Positions 16,515-27,476 of a DNA stretch of 64,000 nucleotides are shown piece by piece. The notes under the pieces were generated by a model that was not told the DNA's origin, made no database searches, and was given only the letters and a program-made list of their open reading frames with translations. Position numbers and translations under genes: made by a program. The DNA comes from Escherichia phage E26. Within the stretch, counting starts at the first letter, position 1. Each line of letters opens with the position of its first letter. Location: sequence record MN655998.1; one strand, given 5' to 3'.

Positions 16515-19193
16515 TTAAATGTCAAACAGGTCCGTAAGCGATGCCACCTTTTCATATTGCAGCTTTGCAGCCGTGGTAATGTTCTCAAGCGGTTTGACGA
16601 AAGTCTTATTAAACAACAAAGGCCAGTCTAACCACTTCAACACTTCTGATTCAATTTCTGGCGGAATACGAGTACCAGACAACCAACCAAAACAGATTTC
16701 TCCAAACGGATTTCGATCTTTAAGCGGTACAATCATAACCTTCTCGCCTTCACGAATCGGATCTAGTCCGAATTTTCTGGCATTACGATTATAACACAAT
16801 ACACTCTTAACCGCATACGGACAACCCTTAATCGGATACCCGTTTGAATCGCTGTATTTCTGTAGGTTGTTTGCCGATGATACCGCAGCAACCTCAAGAT
16901 AATCAAGTCTTCTAAATTCTTGCTCAAAAATACCGTAGTATTCCTGTAATGACTCTTCCCCTTCCTGCAACATACGGCGAATACATTCTTTCAGTGATTT
17001 CTGACATGCTTTAGGTGTAGAACTACGTTGTGTTTCCAAGCCCATGATTTTTAGCTTAGGTTCAGCAAAGCGCGTTCCTTCCATATCCCAAACATTAAGA
17101 GCATAACGCTTTTTACCAGTCCAGAATCCACCGATACCCGCAGATTTCAATGGAGGACCAGCAATTGCCTCACGGTCCATAAACATCAAGTGCTCATAGT
17201 TGTTCATGTACTCGCATAACTCGCGATATCCCTTGTCGATAATAGGTTCCATTCGATGTTTACCGAAATTATCAAGGAAGTCAACAAGTTTTTCGGTATC
17301 GTCGAAACGGTCTTCCCCGCCAACCTTATCAACAACATTGTTAACCAGCACATAAACGGAGTCAGTATCACAATAACGAACATATGCAAAATCAGTTGTT
17401 CCGCAAAGCTCGTTTAAGTATTCGTTAATCTTACGCTCAATCCACTGAATTGCAAGCTGACCGAACAGTGTGATCGCACTAGCGTTACGGAGATCATAAA
17501 AACGGAATTTAGGATTCCCCAACGCACCATAAAGGGAGTTGATCAAAACTTTTCGGGAAAGCTGGTTTGTATTGCACAAGATCGACTCGTCTTTACATTC
17601 TTCCAGCAATTTTTCTAGGGTATCTTTGCTTAATTCCAAAAGCATAGATTTAAACGCTTCATCGAAGTCATGACGCACTTCAACGCTATAGCTAATGGTT
17701 CCCCCATAAACATGATTTTCATCGTGTAGAATCGCTTTACAGAGTTCAGCATTGCGATCACATGCCAACATCATGTTTTTGTACTGCTTACGCTGATCGA
17801 ATACCTTTTTAATCTCAATCGGTACGATACCATGAATATCTTTTCGATACATCCATCCGTTAGGCGAGCAAGAATACTCATCACTCGGACGCGGGGCAGT
17901 TTTATTGATATACTCGTGCATCGGTGCAGCATCAAAAGATCCAGCGATAGTTTCGGGTGAAATATTTACCTGCCTAATTATTGAAGGATACAAACTCGTG
18001 AGATCGAAGCTCATCATCCAACGGTAAGCATTCGGCACAGGTTCTTTTACAAATGCGCCTGGATACGTCTGCTTAGGCTGTATCTTATTTTCCGGTACTA
18101 CTTTACCCTCTGCTTTCAGAGATCCGAAGATAATAGCATCCCATACTTTCATCGGATTATAAACATGGTTAAATTTAATCTTTGCATAGAAACATAGGCT
18201 ATACACCAGATCAATAAAACCACGCTTTTTATCAATCGCCAGCACACGGTCAACGTCGCCGATGTTATAATCGATGTAAAGTTGATGGTTGTCATCACGC
18301 AATTTCTTTAATGGACCATCATAATCAACCTTACCGATTCCTGTCTCATATTCAGCAACATAATCTAATGCATATGTTGGTTGAGTCGTAAAGCTAAATT
18401 TCTTGTACAGGTCAATATAATCAAGGCTTTCGATCCCCATGATCGTAAATGCTTCACGCTCGTTGCCAAAATCATCCTGTGAGATTCGGGATTTAATCTT
18501 ACCGCACGGGCTTAATCGGTTTGCCGTTCGACTTCCAAACTTATTACTGATACGCTTAATGATATATGGAATATCGAATGTTTCTGTGTTCCAGCCAGTG
18601 AAGCCAACTGGTCGGTTTTCCTCAAAGAATCGGATGTATTCTAATAGCAATTCATCTTCTGTATCATAGACGTTATAAACAACGCGCTCTACAATATCAG
18701 GTCGAAGAATAGATTTGCTTGCTTCCCAGATTTCACCGTTCTTTCCTTTCAAATCAAATACAAAGAAACGATCATGTACGGAATCATAATGCGTAATTGC
18801 ATCGATAGGATATTTCGCTTCTTCTGGTTTAGGAAATTCAGGTGCAGTGACCTCAATATCAACCCATGCTACACGGATTTTATTTCGGTCATATCGAATC
18901 TCTCCTTTATACGTATCGGACAGATAGGAGATGATAAAATCATCCATCCCTAGTGCCTCTTGCCCCATCTCCCCCATCTTTTTACGCCATTTGTTGGCCT
19001 CGTTCATAGATGGGAATTTTTTAGCAATGCAAGGCTTGCCATAGATATCTTTATAATTCGTAACCATACCAGGCGCGGCATGATGAAATAAAGTTGGCGT
19101 ATATTCAACGTAACGCTCTTGCTCTTGTCCAGCATCATCAATATAACGCTCGTAGATCTTATCACCTACTCGCTCACATGACAGAAAATACAT
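16515..19193 (-). CDS. 43: DNA polymerase gp43 (family B)
   Basis: SLYPSII, YGDTDS-like YCDTDSVY, exonuclease motifs; start at Met 11 after AAGGAG RBS. Confidence 0.95.
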   Translation of the reverse strand: MYFLSCERVGDKIYERYIDDAGQEQERYVEYTPTLFHHAAPGMVTNYKDIYGKPCIAKKFPSMNEANKWRKKMGEMGQEALGMDDFIISYLSDTYKGEIRYDRNKIRVAWVDIEVTAPEFPKPEEAKYPIDAITHYDSVHDRFFVFDLKGKNGEIWEASKSILRPDIVERVVYNVYDTEDELLLEYIRFFEENRPVGFTGWNTETFDIPYIIKRISNKFGSRTANRLSPCGKIKSRISQDDFGNEREAFTIMGIESLDYIDLYKKFSFTTQPTYALDYVAEYETGIGKVDYDGPLKKLRDDNHQLYIDYNIGDVDRVLAIDKKRGFIDLVYSLCFYAKIKFNHVYNPMKVWDAIIFGSLKAEGKVVPENKIQPKQTYPGAFVKEPVPNAYRWMMSFDLTSLYPSIIRQVNISPETIAGSFDAAPMHEYINKTAPRPSDEYSCSPNGWMYRKDIHGIVPIEIKKVFDQRKQYKNMMLACDRNAELCKAILHDENHVYGGTISYSVEVRHDFDEAFKSMLLELSKDTLEKLLEECKDESILCNTNQLSRKVLINSLYGALGNPKFRFYDLRNASAITLFGQLAIQWIERKINEYLNELCGTTDFAYVRYCDTDSVYVLVNNVVDKVGGEDRFDDTEKLVDFLDNFGKHRMEPIIDKGYRELCEYMNNYEHLMFMDREAIAGPPLKSAGIGGFWTGKKRYALNVWDMEGTRFAEPKLKIMGLETQRSSTPKACQKSLKECIRRMLQEGEESLQEYYGIFEQEFRRLDYLEVAAVSSANNLQKYSDSNGYPIKGCPYAVKSVLCYNRNARKFGLDPIREGEKVMIVPLKDRNPFGEICFGWLSGTRIPPEIESEVLKWLDWPLLFNKTFVKPLENITTAAKLQYEKVASLTDLFDI

Positions 19194-19225
19194 AATATAA
19201 ACTCCTTCACTTACGAAAGACACTC

Positions 19226-19254
19226 ATTATAGGGGAATCGACCTAGTTTGTCAA
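19226..19254 (-). promoter_or_regulatory. early promoter of gene 43 (TTGACA-N17-TATAAT)
   Basis: rc tgtcaa 19249-19254; rc attata 19226-19231; inverted repeat ATAGGGG/CCCCTAT. Confidence 0.55.
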
Positions 19255-19275
19255 TACCCCTATCCCATCAGTATC

Positions 19276-19638
19276 TTAGCGTCCGATCTGATATTTCTCG
19301 ATCAGCGTCCACTCTTCTTTCTGTTTAAAAGACAGTACACGGAAATTATTAACTTCGGTAGTTTCAAAATCACTATCAATCAGGGTACACAGATTCCACT
19401 GCGCCAGAAGTTTTGCAATGTTATTGCGGCGTAATTCATCTTCCCACGTCATTTTAACACTACGACCATCTAATTTCAACAACTCCTTGAAATGAACGAT
19501 GTAATAGCGCCCTTTCTTCTGGAGAATATGACAAGACTGATACAGTGTCTTGTCTCGATTGTTGGCAATGCCGCAGCGGGTTAAAGTCTCCTTAATTTTA
19601 AGGAAGTTTTCAGGACTAATCAAATTAATTTCAATCAT
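19276..19638 (-). CDS. regA: RegA translational repressor
   Basis: MIEINL...KETLTRCGIANN...LYQSCHILQKKG...NNFRVLSFKQK matches T4 RegA. Confidence 0.9.
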   Translation of the reverse strand: MIEINLISPENFLKIKETLTRCGIANNRDKTLYQSCHILQKKGRYYIVHFKELLKLDGRSVKMTWEDELRRNNIAKLLAQWNLCTLIDSDFETTEVNNFRVLSFKQKEEWTLIEKYQIGR

Positions 19639-19639
19639 T

Positions 19640-20218
19640 TTACCACCTTTCTATAATCTTTTTAAGTCGTTTCCTTTCTGTCTGATTCTTAGTAACACCC
19701 GCCAAAAGTTCATCGGTCGCATACGGTTTAATGTGCTTCAATAACTTGTCCATATATCCCTTTTCATTAGCCAAATCGAGATAAAACCGGGCGTCATCCA
19801 TATTTACACAATATGCTTTCGCCACTGCCGTTAAAACCAATTTTTGGTCCAATTCTTCTGTTAGTTTAGCCCATTTACCGTATCGTTTCCCCTTAGAAAT
19901 ACTCTGTAAGAGATAATCAAAATGCATTTGATCTGGGAGGCCATGACCGATTAAATTCATCACATACGCGCTATATAGGCAATCTGCGTGCTGGGAAAGA
20001 GCGGTGTTAATCCATCTCTGGTTATATGCAGAATTGTTTCCCACATTAACGCGCTGTTTATCTAAGGTGATATGATCCATCAGAGCAAATAATGCATTGT
20101 CGGTTTTCTCGGTGAATGTATCCGCTAATTCAGACACCTTTTCCCAATCACGAGAACGCCATGCAATTTCATGCTCGTTTAATTGTGTATCATCTTCACC
20201 GAAAAATTGACCTAACAT
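19640..20218 (-). CDS. 62: clamp loader small subunit gp62
   Basis: QLNEHEIAW...KRYGKWAKL as in T4 gp62. Confidence 0.8.
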   Translation of the reverse strand: MLGQFFGEDDTQLNEHEIAWRSRDWEKVSELADTFTEKTDNALFALMDHITLDKQRVNVGNNSAYNQRWINTALSQHADCLYSAYVMNLIGHGLPDQMHFDYLLQSISKGKRYGKWAKLTEELDQKLVLTAVAKAYCVNMDDARFYLDLANEKGYMDKLLKHIKPYATDELLAGVTKNQTERKRLKKIIERW

Positions 20219-21207
20219 TATACGAACTCCAATTCAACCATTAATTGCATTAACAAAAAGACAATGTGAATCTCTTTATCAGCCGCGTGCGCAAACATCT
20301 GATTATTTTCACCGATAATCTCAGTGAGACGAATAATAGAAGCTGGCTTAACTTGAGTATACAACTCATTATAAAGTTTCTTGACAAATTGAGCGTATGT
20401 ATTGGTATATCGTGGCGCAAGTTTACGCACATTAGCAAACTGTTTAGTTTTAAGTGCTTCCACCACATCGGTTACTTCGGTATTGCTACTTTCGATAACC
20501 ATGCTCAATACGCCAGCATCAATTTTACCGTGTTTTGCGTAACGGTCCAAGAGTTTCATTACGCGCCGGAAATCTGGGAAGTTCTGCTTAACCAGTTCCG
20601 CCAATACGCGCATTTCTTCTACTGGAACACCTTCTTTATCAAGAATTGCTTTACACCGGACGATCATTTCTTTCATCATGCGAAGCTGATCATCTTTAGT
20701 CGGAGATCCAAACGTGATTGGATCAAATCGAGATCTCAACGCTGGGATAATACCTTCTAGATCGTTTGCTGTGATAATGAAGGTCACATTGTTTGAGTAT
20801 GCCTCAGAGAAACTACGCAAGTGTCTTTGAGCATCAGCCAGCCCCGCTCGGTCATACTCATCGATAATAACAACTTTGCCTTTTTCTCGTTTTTCTTCAT
20901 CGAGTGATACACTCTGCGCAAAGCGTGTAATCTCATCGCGGATAAAATCAATCTTACAATCTGCGCCGTTAACAAACAGATAATCAACACCCACATCTTC
21001 ACAAAGCGCCTTAGCAACGGTTGTTTTACCAGTACCCGGCGATGGGCTATGCAGAATCATTGAAGGGATTCGGCCTTGTTTCACGATCTGCGCGAAGATC
21101 TTTTTATCTGCTTCCGGCAGAATACATTCAGAAATTGATTTAGGACGGTATTTCTGTTCCCACTGAAACTCATTTTCATTAACACTCAGCATATAATCAC
21201 CTCTCAC
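20218..21207 (-). CDS. 44: clamp loader ATPase gp44 (AAA+)
   Basis: Walker A SPSPGTGKTT; Walker B IIDEYD; SRF-like SRC motif. Confidence 0.9.
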   Translation of the reverse strand: MRGDYMLSVNENEFQWEQKYRPKSISECILPEADKKIFAQIVKQGRIPSMILHSPSPGTGKTTVAKALCEDVGVDYLFVNGADCKIDFIRDEITRFAQSVSLDEEKREKGKVVIIDEYDRAGLADAQRHLRSFSEAYSNNVTFIITANDLEGIIPALRSRFDPITFGSPTKDDQLRMMKEMIVRCKAILDKEGVPVEEMRVLAELVKQNFPDFRRVMKLLDRYAKHGKIDAGVLSMVIESSNTEVTDVVEALKTKQFANVRKLAPRYTNTYAQFVKKLYNELYTQVKPASIIRLTEIIGENNQMFAHAADKEIHIVFLLMQLMVELEFV

Positions 21208-21220
21208 AAGTTACATCATT

Positions 21221-21244
21221 AAAAAGGGGAGTTTTATACTCCCC
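21221..21244 (-). terminator. rho-independent terminator after gene 45
   Basis: GGGGAGT-loop-ACTCCCC followed by UUUUU. Confidence 0.5.
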
Positions 21245-21256
21245 ATAATCATTATA

Positions 21257-21946
21257 TTAGTCGGTGTAGCTGGAGTCAAGGTCACACGCGATCATGTAAG
21301 ACACGGTTTCACTTGCCAACCATACAGCCTTACGGCGAGTGAAGCTCAATTTATAATCGCCGAAGTCAGTAGCAACCAGTTTCATGTTATCTTTACGAAT
21401 AAAGAAATGGAAGTCGGCGGTTCCGGTATATTCGCCCATATCAAGACAAAACATCTCATTCGGATTGTTTTTGTCAATCTCTTCCCAGCCTTTGATCATC
21501 AGACGACCATCAATCGGAAGAAATTCAAGGCGATCCACTTTAAGCTGATTGCTCATTTTCATAAGCTGTTTCAGATCGTCGTTGCTCAGTTCGTAATCTA
21601 CATCGCTTGCAGGTGGAGTAACTCGGCCTTTCGGTGATACGATAGCAGCAGCACTAGCACCAGGATAATTAATTTTCAGACGATCATTAGACACACGAAT
21701 GTTTCCGGTGCGGTTATCAACCGTAATATCTGCTTCATCGCCTACCAGATTCAGAATACCCAAGAAAGAGTTAAGATCATAGATCCCAATTTCGTGTTCC
21801 AGTTCTTGATTCAGAGTCGCTTCACCATATACAACGTTTGTCATGTTTTTGGTGATCAGGACGTTTCCTTTTTTCAGGATGATACCTGGGTTAATAGCGG
21901 AAAAGTTTTTCAGGGTAGCAATGGTTTCTTTAGTCAGTTTCATCAA
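21257..21946 (-). CDS. 45: sliding clamp gp45
   Basis: 229 aa; LKNFSAINPGI..., IYDLNSFLGIL as in T4 gp45. Confidence 0.9.
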   Translation of the reverse strand: MMKLTKETIATLKNFSAINPGIILKKGNVLITKNMTNVVYGEATLNQELEHEIGIYDLNSFLGILNLVGDEADITVDNRTGNIRVSNDRLKINYPGASAAAIVSPKGRVTPPASDVDYELSNDDLKQLMKMSNQLKVDRLEFLPIDGRLMIKGWEEIDKNNPNEMFCLDMGEYTGTADFHFFIRKDNMKLVATDFGDYKLSFTRRKAVWLASETVSYMIACDLDSSYTD

Positions 21947-21973
21947 ATCACCTTTATCATGTTAATCAATTAA

Positions 21974-22372
21974 TTACGGGTTTACTTCGTGTTCGTTACG
22001 AATCTTGAGCATTTTGTTTTGGAAGTTTTCCGCAGCTTGCTCATCAATAGCATGAGTATACTTAAATCCAATGTATGCTGTCAAGTATTGTTGCAGAGCA
22101 TAGACAGTAACAGGATTCTTTGCGGTCTTCTTGGCTTCGAGATATATCAGATCACCACGAACATCAAACGCAAGTTTACGACGAATCACATTATCAACAA
22201 ACTCATCAACAACAAAATGCCAAATGTTGCTATCGGTTCCAATATCAAAATTAACCACACAGCCTTGTTTGACATAATCAAACGGTATCGGGAATAGTTT
22301 ATAGTCAAGATCGATAAACATTAATTGTTCTTTTAAGCTCATACGTTTCATTCTATCACTTCCCATCAGCAA
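21974..22372 (-). CDS. hypothetical protein (rpbA position by synteny)
   Basis: Synteny only. Confidence 0.4.
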   Translation of the reverse strand: MLMGSDRMKRMSLKEQLMFIDLDYKLFPIPFDYVKQGCVVNFDIGTDSNIWHFVVDEFVDNVIRRKLAFDVRGDLIYLEAKKTAKNPVTVYALQQYLTAYIGFKYTHAIDEQAAENFQNKMLKIRNEHEVNP

Positions 22373-22748
22373 TTGCGATCAGACGAGTTACTACTACGCT
22401 AGCGGCTTCAATCAGCAGTTCATCGGTGTCAATCTGATAACCTTTTTCGAGAATATCTTTACCTCGAATGGTTTTAGCTCCTTTAGCAATGGAATCATCG
22501 TAATACTTGCGCATTGCCGCGATCCATTCTTTTTGCACCATATCATCAATATGCGCGTACAGTTCAAAGCGTGCTTGCTGCGGGATAACCTTCATTTTAG
22601 CTTTCTCGCTTTCCGGCATTTGCAGTACCCACGCTTTACGGATCTTGTTCATTGCTCGGTCAAATTCGAGACTGGTTTTCTTGTTCTGAATGTCTGCTAC
22701 AGTAATTTTAGCCAGGTTTGCGGAAGTAGTCATAATATTAATCTCCAA
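22356..22748 (-). CDS. hypothetical protein
   Basis: ORF tiling. Confidence 0.45.
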   Translation of the reverse strand: MEINIMTTSANLAKITVADIQNKKTSLEFDRAMNKIRKAWVLQMPESEKAKMKVIPQQARFELYAHIDDMVQKEWIAAMRKYYDDSIAKGAKTIRGKDILEKGYQIDTDELLIEAASVVVTRLIAIADGK

Positions 22749-22763
22749 AATAAAATCAGTATA

Positions 22764-22994
22764 TCACGTTCTAAAGTTTGTTGCAACCCCAGCATCAGGG
22801 TAATCAAGTTTATCAAAGTTGGGGACCAACATAAACTCATGATGACGACAAGACAACATTTTTGTTATGTCTTCATCGCTGTATATGCTGTTTTTCATAT
22901 CCCCCATACTAACTACATATTCTTCACCGGAATATAGATTGATTAATGTATACAATTCTAACTCCGGCTGCGTTACTCTGTCAAATGTTAACAT
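22764..22994 (-). CDS. hypothetical protein
   Basis: ORF tiling. Confidence 0.4.
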   Translation of the reverse strand: MLTFDRVTQPELELYTLINLYSGEEYVVSMGDMKNSIYSDEDITKMLSCRHHEFMLVPNFDKLDYPDAGVATNFRT

Positions 22995-24678
22995 TCATTT
23001 CAGTGAATCGCCCACGTTTAACCATCTTGAGATGACGGCTAAAATCATCAGGGTTATGGTCACGATGGCTGATAATATACACGTTATCATCTAACTTGTC
23101 AATGATGGAATCAAGTGCTTTTACGCCCTGAACGTCCGTAGCCCCATCATAAATTTCGTCGAGTACCAACAAAGAAATATTAGTACCAGATACTTTACCA
23201 GCAACATCACGCCATGTAAAGAGCATCGCAAGATCAATACGTGCTTTTTCGCCTTGACTGAATGATGTATACGAAAACGATTCACGCCCCCGTGATTTGA
23301 TTGTTTCGTTAAACTCTTCATCTAGCGTAAAGATATAATCCGCTTCCATGATATCAAGATAATACGCAATCCGATCATTGAAATATGGAATATATTTCTT
23401 GACGATAGACGCCTTAACACCGGAATCCTTCAACATTTCTGTTACAAATCCGCGATGATATTTTTCAAGAACTAGTTTTGATTTTTCATTGGTAATCTCT
23501 ACCAGTTCGTGTTCCAGTTTAGCAAGTTCTTCGGAATTGTCAACCCTTTCTTTTTGCAATTCTTGCATTGCTTTCTGGATCTGTTTAGCCCGACCTACAG
23601 ATGCCGTTAAATTCGCTCTCTGTGACTCTATAGCGCGTTTAATTTCCAAGACCTTAGTTTGTGCTGTCTGGAAAGAATTGGCCTTCTCCGCGTATTCTAC
23701 GCGTTTCTCGTCAATCAGAGACAGTTTATGTTCGGCTTGTGCTTTTTGTTCGCGTACAGCCTGATCATTACCCTGAATGATCGGTTGTGTACACGTAGGA
23801 CAGACACCGCCTTTCTCGTGCATATGGATAACACGATCAAAGTTCTGGATCTGTGCCCCAATCTGTGCGATAGCCGTATTAATTTTAGCCAATGCCGCGC
23901 TGGGATCTTCCGGCATAACAACAGCCAATAGCTCATCGGTCAAGCGAGTTTCTTCGGCTTTAAATGCTTTAGCCGATTCCACCTCTTTATCATACATATT
24001 CTGTAAACGCTGGAGATTCTCGGCACTCGCCTTGCTAGCGTCTTCTATGTACTTTTTATGAGTGTTGATTTGTTGCTGAACGTGATTAGCTTTCATTTCC
24101 TGCATTTGGATATTCTGGGTAATCTCGCGCACATACGCTTTATTCAGTTTATCCATTTCGCCTAGCGTAGCAATATCAAGCAAATCCTCGACCAGCTTAC
24201 GGCGACCCGCTGCCGGAAGACTCATAAACGGAACATAACCCGCAGTGCCTAAAACAACAATCTGCTTAAAGCTGGCTAGGTTCATGCCTATGATACCTTC
24301 AAAATATTCCTGAAAGTCTTTGGTGCTTGCGCTCTCATCGATCTTTTGACCGTCGCGATGCACTTCGAATACTTCCGGCTTTTGTCCACGTTTAATATAA
24401 AATTCTTTCCCGTCCAGTTCAAACCAGACTTCGACTAACAGTTTCTTTTTGTTGACGCTGTTAATCAATTGGCCTTTCTTGATACTACGAAACGGTTTAC
24501 CAAACAATACAAAGCAAAGCGCCTCGATCATTGTTGATTTACCAGCACCGTTAACACCAGTGATCAGTGTCTTTTTGAATCCGTCTAGCTGAATCTCAAC
24601 AGGTTCAGCACCCACGCTCATTATATTTTGATAGCGCAAGGTTTTAAAATTTAACTTTGCCATTAAGCCACTCCGCAA
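22981..24678 (-). CDS. 46: recombination endonuclease subunit gp46 (Rad50/SbcC-like)
   Basis: Walker A GVNGAGKST; long coiled coil with CPTC zinc hook; C-terminal signature and D-loop LLVLDE. Confidence 0.9.
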   Translation of the reverse strand: MRSGLMAKLNFKTLRYQNIMSVGAEPVEIQLDGFKKTLITGVNGAGKSTMIEALCFVLFGKPFRSIKKGQLINSVNKKKLLVEVWFELDGKEFYIKRGQKPEVFEVHRDGQKIDESASTKDFQEYFEGIIGMNLASFKQIVVLGTAGYVPFMSLPAAGRRKLVEDLLDIATLGEMDKLNKAYVREITQNIQMQEMKANHVQQQINTHKKYIEDASKASAENLQRLQNMYDKEVESAKAFKAEETRLTDELLAVVMPEDPSAALAKINTAIAQIGAQIQNFDRVIHMHEKGGVCPTCTQPIIQGNDQAVREQKAQAEHKLSLIDEKRVEYAEKANSFQTAQTKVLEIKRAIESQRANLTASVGRAKQIQKAMQELQKERVDNSEELAKLEHELVEITNEKSKLVLEKYHRGFVTEMLKDSGVKASIVKKYIPYFNDRIAYYLDIMEADYIFTLDEEFNETIKSRGRESFSYTSFSQGEKARIDLAMLFTWRDVAGKVSGTNISLLVLDEIYDGATDVQGVKALDSIIDKLDDNVYIISHRDHNPDDFSRHLKMVKRGRFTEMNVNI

Positions 24679-24907
24679 TCACACATTCCATAATATTAAA
24701 TGCTAACACATCTTCATCAATGTTGTAAACACTTGCAGCCTTCACTTTAACTAGTGTGTCTCTGCGATCTGGCAACATGATCACATAATCCAGTGTCGCC
24801 GGATCATATGTCATAAAGGGATCAATGTAAATCCCTTTATTCAATGCCAGATATTCGCGAAGACCTTCTATAACCCTGTGTCTAAGGTAGGCCATCGATA
24901 GAATCAT
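24644..24907 (-). CDS. hypothetical protein
   Basis: ORF tiling. Confidence 0.4.
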   Translation of the reverse strand: MILSMAYLRHRVIEGLREYLALNKGIYIDPFMTYDPATLDYVIMLPDRRDTLVKVKAASVYNIDEDVLAFNIMECVIAEWLNGKVKF

Positions 24908-25500
24908 TTTAGTTTATGTTCCTCTAAAAATTCTTCAATTTCACCTTGCAGGTCTTCCGCTTGCTGTTCCAGAATATCGCGAAATTCACCTACAGTCAAG
25001 CGGTGATCACATTTCACCAGTCTATGCGGGAGAATATACCCCTTGTACATTGTCTCTGACGCTTCCAGGAATACCCCGCTATGCATGACAGAGATCCAAC
25101 CTGTTAGAGTCAATGGAGTATTCGGAAAATAATATTTGCTGGATTGTTTCCACTGGACGAAAGCACCATATACAATCGGATTATATTCACCAACCACACT
25201 CTTAATAATAGCTTCTACTTTGTCTTTTACAAATACGCCCATATCCATATTGATCATCAATTCTTGTGGATGTATCACTTTAAGATAACGATGATAACCA
25301 TCATCATAATACAGCTTAACCACTGGCTGACCCCACGTAGATGAAATATTCGCTTTCAGATAACCATAAATCGGATTCTTGTAATGTGATTGTTTTATCG
25401 TGTAGTTATGCAACAGCGTAATAAAATGTTGCATTACCAATTTATCTGGATCAGCCGCGACCATAGTCGTATTCATAATATGTTCCCCATTCAATCTCAT
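24904..25500 (-). CDS. hypothetical protein
   Basis: ORF tiling. Confidence 0.45.
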   Translation of the reverse strand: MRLNGEHIMNTTMVAADPDKLVMQHFITLLHNYTIKQSHYKNPIYGYLKANISSTWGQPVVKLYYDDGYHRYLKVIHPQELMINMDMGVFVKDKVEAIIKSVVGEYNPIVYGAFVQWKQSSKYYFPNTPLTLTGWISVMHSGVFLEASETMYKGYILPHRLVKCDHRLTVGEFRDILEQQAEDLQGEIEEFLEEHKLK

Positions 25501-25768
25501 ATTGTTTCAGGTCTTCTAAAAGTTCATCCATTGCTTGTTTCAGCACATGACGCAGCGTAAAGTAATAGCTTTCATCAAATTCTATTTCATCGCGAGGAAT
25601 AGAGCGAAACTTACACTTAACGGTAGTGTCAGTGAGTCGCTTTTCGAGCATCATCCGAACTTCTTCATGCTCTTTGGAATACCATACATCAACGGAGATC
25701 CCCTTACGGCGAGCAAACATAGGCAACGCTGCATTAAATTCCATTACTTTTTGTGCAAGTGTTTTCAT
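25451..25768 (-). CDS. hypothetical protein
   Basis: ORF tiling. Confidence 0.4.
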   Translation of the reverse strand: MKTLAQKVMEFNAALPMFARRKGISVDVWYSKEHEEVRMMLEKRLTDTTVKCKFRSIPRDEIEFDESYYFTLRHVLKQAMDELLEDLKQYEIEWGTYYEYDYGRG

Positions 25769-26016
25769 CGTACAGACTCCATAGACCCACGAGCAATAAC
25801 ATTCTGGGTAATATCAGCAACCTTACGGGATACGATGGTTGCTAGTTCCAGTCTAGTGATATTGTCTCGGTCGAAAGGAATTTCATCATGTGTCCACATC
25901 CCGTAATTAGAACGGAAGGATAGCATATGTTGACCATTCCGAACAACCTCAAAAACTCGGATCTTAGTAAACTTCTCTAAACTTGCGTTAAATTCTTTCA
26001 GTGTGTCAGTAATCAT
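25765..26016 (-). CDS. hypothetical protein
   Basis: ORF tiling. Confidence 0.4.
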   Translation of the reverse strand: MITDTLKEFNASLEKFTKIRVFEVVRNGQHMLSFRSNYGMWTHDEIPFDRDNITRLELATIVSRKVADITQNVIARGSMESVR

Positions 26017-26071
26017 AATAACCTCCCATCAATTTTTTAGAGAGTATAACGGGGATTTCTCCCCGCGTCAA

Positions 26072-27097
26072 CTAACTTTTTGCGCTATTTACTTCGGCTA
26101 AAAGCTCATCGGAGATACGCTTAACTGCCGCAAGTTCTTCCGGTTCTAGGTTTTGTTCTTCCAGATATTCATAGACCATCTGAATAGTGCTTTTAACTTC
26201 AATAACACCTGTTTCCTGTGATGCGCTACTCTCCAGCTTATGGACCACTTTTAGCTTGTGTACAACGGCCTCTAACGCGCTTTCTAACTTAGTTAACCCA
26301 TTATCAGCGACCGTTGCAATTAGGCGCACACTAAGCCCTTTAAAGCGTTCTACATCGATTTTATCATCTGACGGGTAAGTGATACGCACATGATAAGTTT
26401 TGTCATTCTGGATAAACTCCTTTTTGTGTGTATCTGTATCGAATACCCAAAAACCACGCGGATCATTTTCGTCGCCAGCCGTTAGTGTGTATGGTGTGCC
26501 AATATACGTTACGTTACCGCCATCACTGATAGTATGAAAGTGACCGGAAAACACTTCACGGTATTTCTTGAGGAAGTCCGCGCTATAACCTTCGGATTTT
26601 AACCCTTTATAGAAATAGTAGCCGGACAATTCCCAATGGCCTACACAATATTCGCTGAATGAATTTTGAATAAACTCTAAAACCTCGGATTTATTGTCAT
26701 CACAAAACCACGGGAACAGGTCGAATGATACCCCATCAAAGGTAACTGTTTCTGGCTTATCAATAACCTTAATGCAATCATACTGGCTTAACACTTCACG
26801 CGGCGCGTTAGGCTGGATCTTATTGCGTTTAAACATATCATGATTCCCGACCGTGATATAACAGGTGATTCCTGCCTCTTCCAGTAATGGGATGACCTTA
26901 GTACGGTTAAATTTCATGGTTTCATGTGTGATAGCCTTGCGACAATCAAACCAATCCCCTGTTTGAATCCATATCTTAATACCATTTTCTTTAGAATAAT
27001 CAACAGCTTTCTTGATCGTGTCTAAAATATACTCATGCACCCACGGATCATCGCCACCGATACCAGTATGCAGATCACCCAAAAGCAAAATTTTCAT
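26072..27097 (-). CDS. 47: recombination endonuclease subunit gp47 (Mre11/SbcD-like)
   Basis: Calcineurin-like phosphoesterase motifs (GDLH, GDWFD, GNHD, GHxH). Confidence 0.9.
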   Translation of the reverse strand: MKILLLGDLHTGIGGDDPWVHEYILDTIKKAVDYSKENGIKIWIQTGDWFDCRKAITHETMKFNRTKVIPLLEEAGITCYITVGNHDMFKRNKIQPNAPREVLSQYDCIKVIDKPETVTFDGVSFDLFPWFCDDNKSEVLEFIQNSFSEYCVGHWELSGYYFYKGLKSEGYSADFLKKYREVFSGHFHTISDGGNVTYIGTPYTLTAGDENDPRGFWVFDTDTHKKEFIQNDKTYHVRITYPSDDKIDVERFKGLSVRLIATVADNGLTKLESALEAVVHKLKVVHKLESSASQETGVIEVKSTIQMVYEYLEEQNLEPEELAAVKRISDELLAEVNSAKS

Positions 27098-27187
27098 AGT
27101 CTCTTCCTCTCTTCGTTTTCGATGCTCTCACTATATCATAGAAAAATAAAAAGGGAAACCCCTTTCGGAGTCTCCCTTATAAAGCCA

Positions 27188-27475
27188 TTACAGCATACTT
27201 AATACCGTTTGCCGTGTACTAATCCACATAGCAGAAAGCAGTTCTGGCGTGTGTGGCTGTTTGTAGATATCACGTAACTTTCCGATAGCGTAGATATACG
27301 CATCACGGTTATCATCGATGATAGCTTGTTCAGCCCACCGCTTAAGGCGTGCAATCTCTCGCGAGTTCTTACGCAAGATCTTTTCCGCTTTCTTAGCGGC
27401 TTTAGCCTCTAGTTCTGCTTGTACTTTGTCTACTTCATTCACTGCAATCTTGTCATGCTGTTCATCGTAAGTCAT
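27188..27475 (-). CDS. hypothetical protein
   Basis: ORF tiling. Confidence 0.45.
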   Translation of the reverse strand: MTYDEQHDKIAVNEVDKVQAELEAKAAKKAEKILRKNSREIARLKRWAEQAIIDDNRDAYIYAIGKLRDIYKQPHTPELLSAMWISTRQTVLSML

Positions 27476-27476
27476 G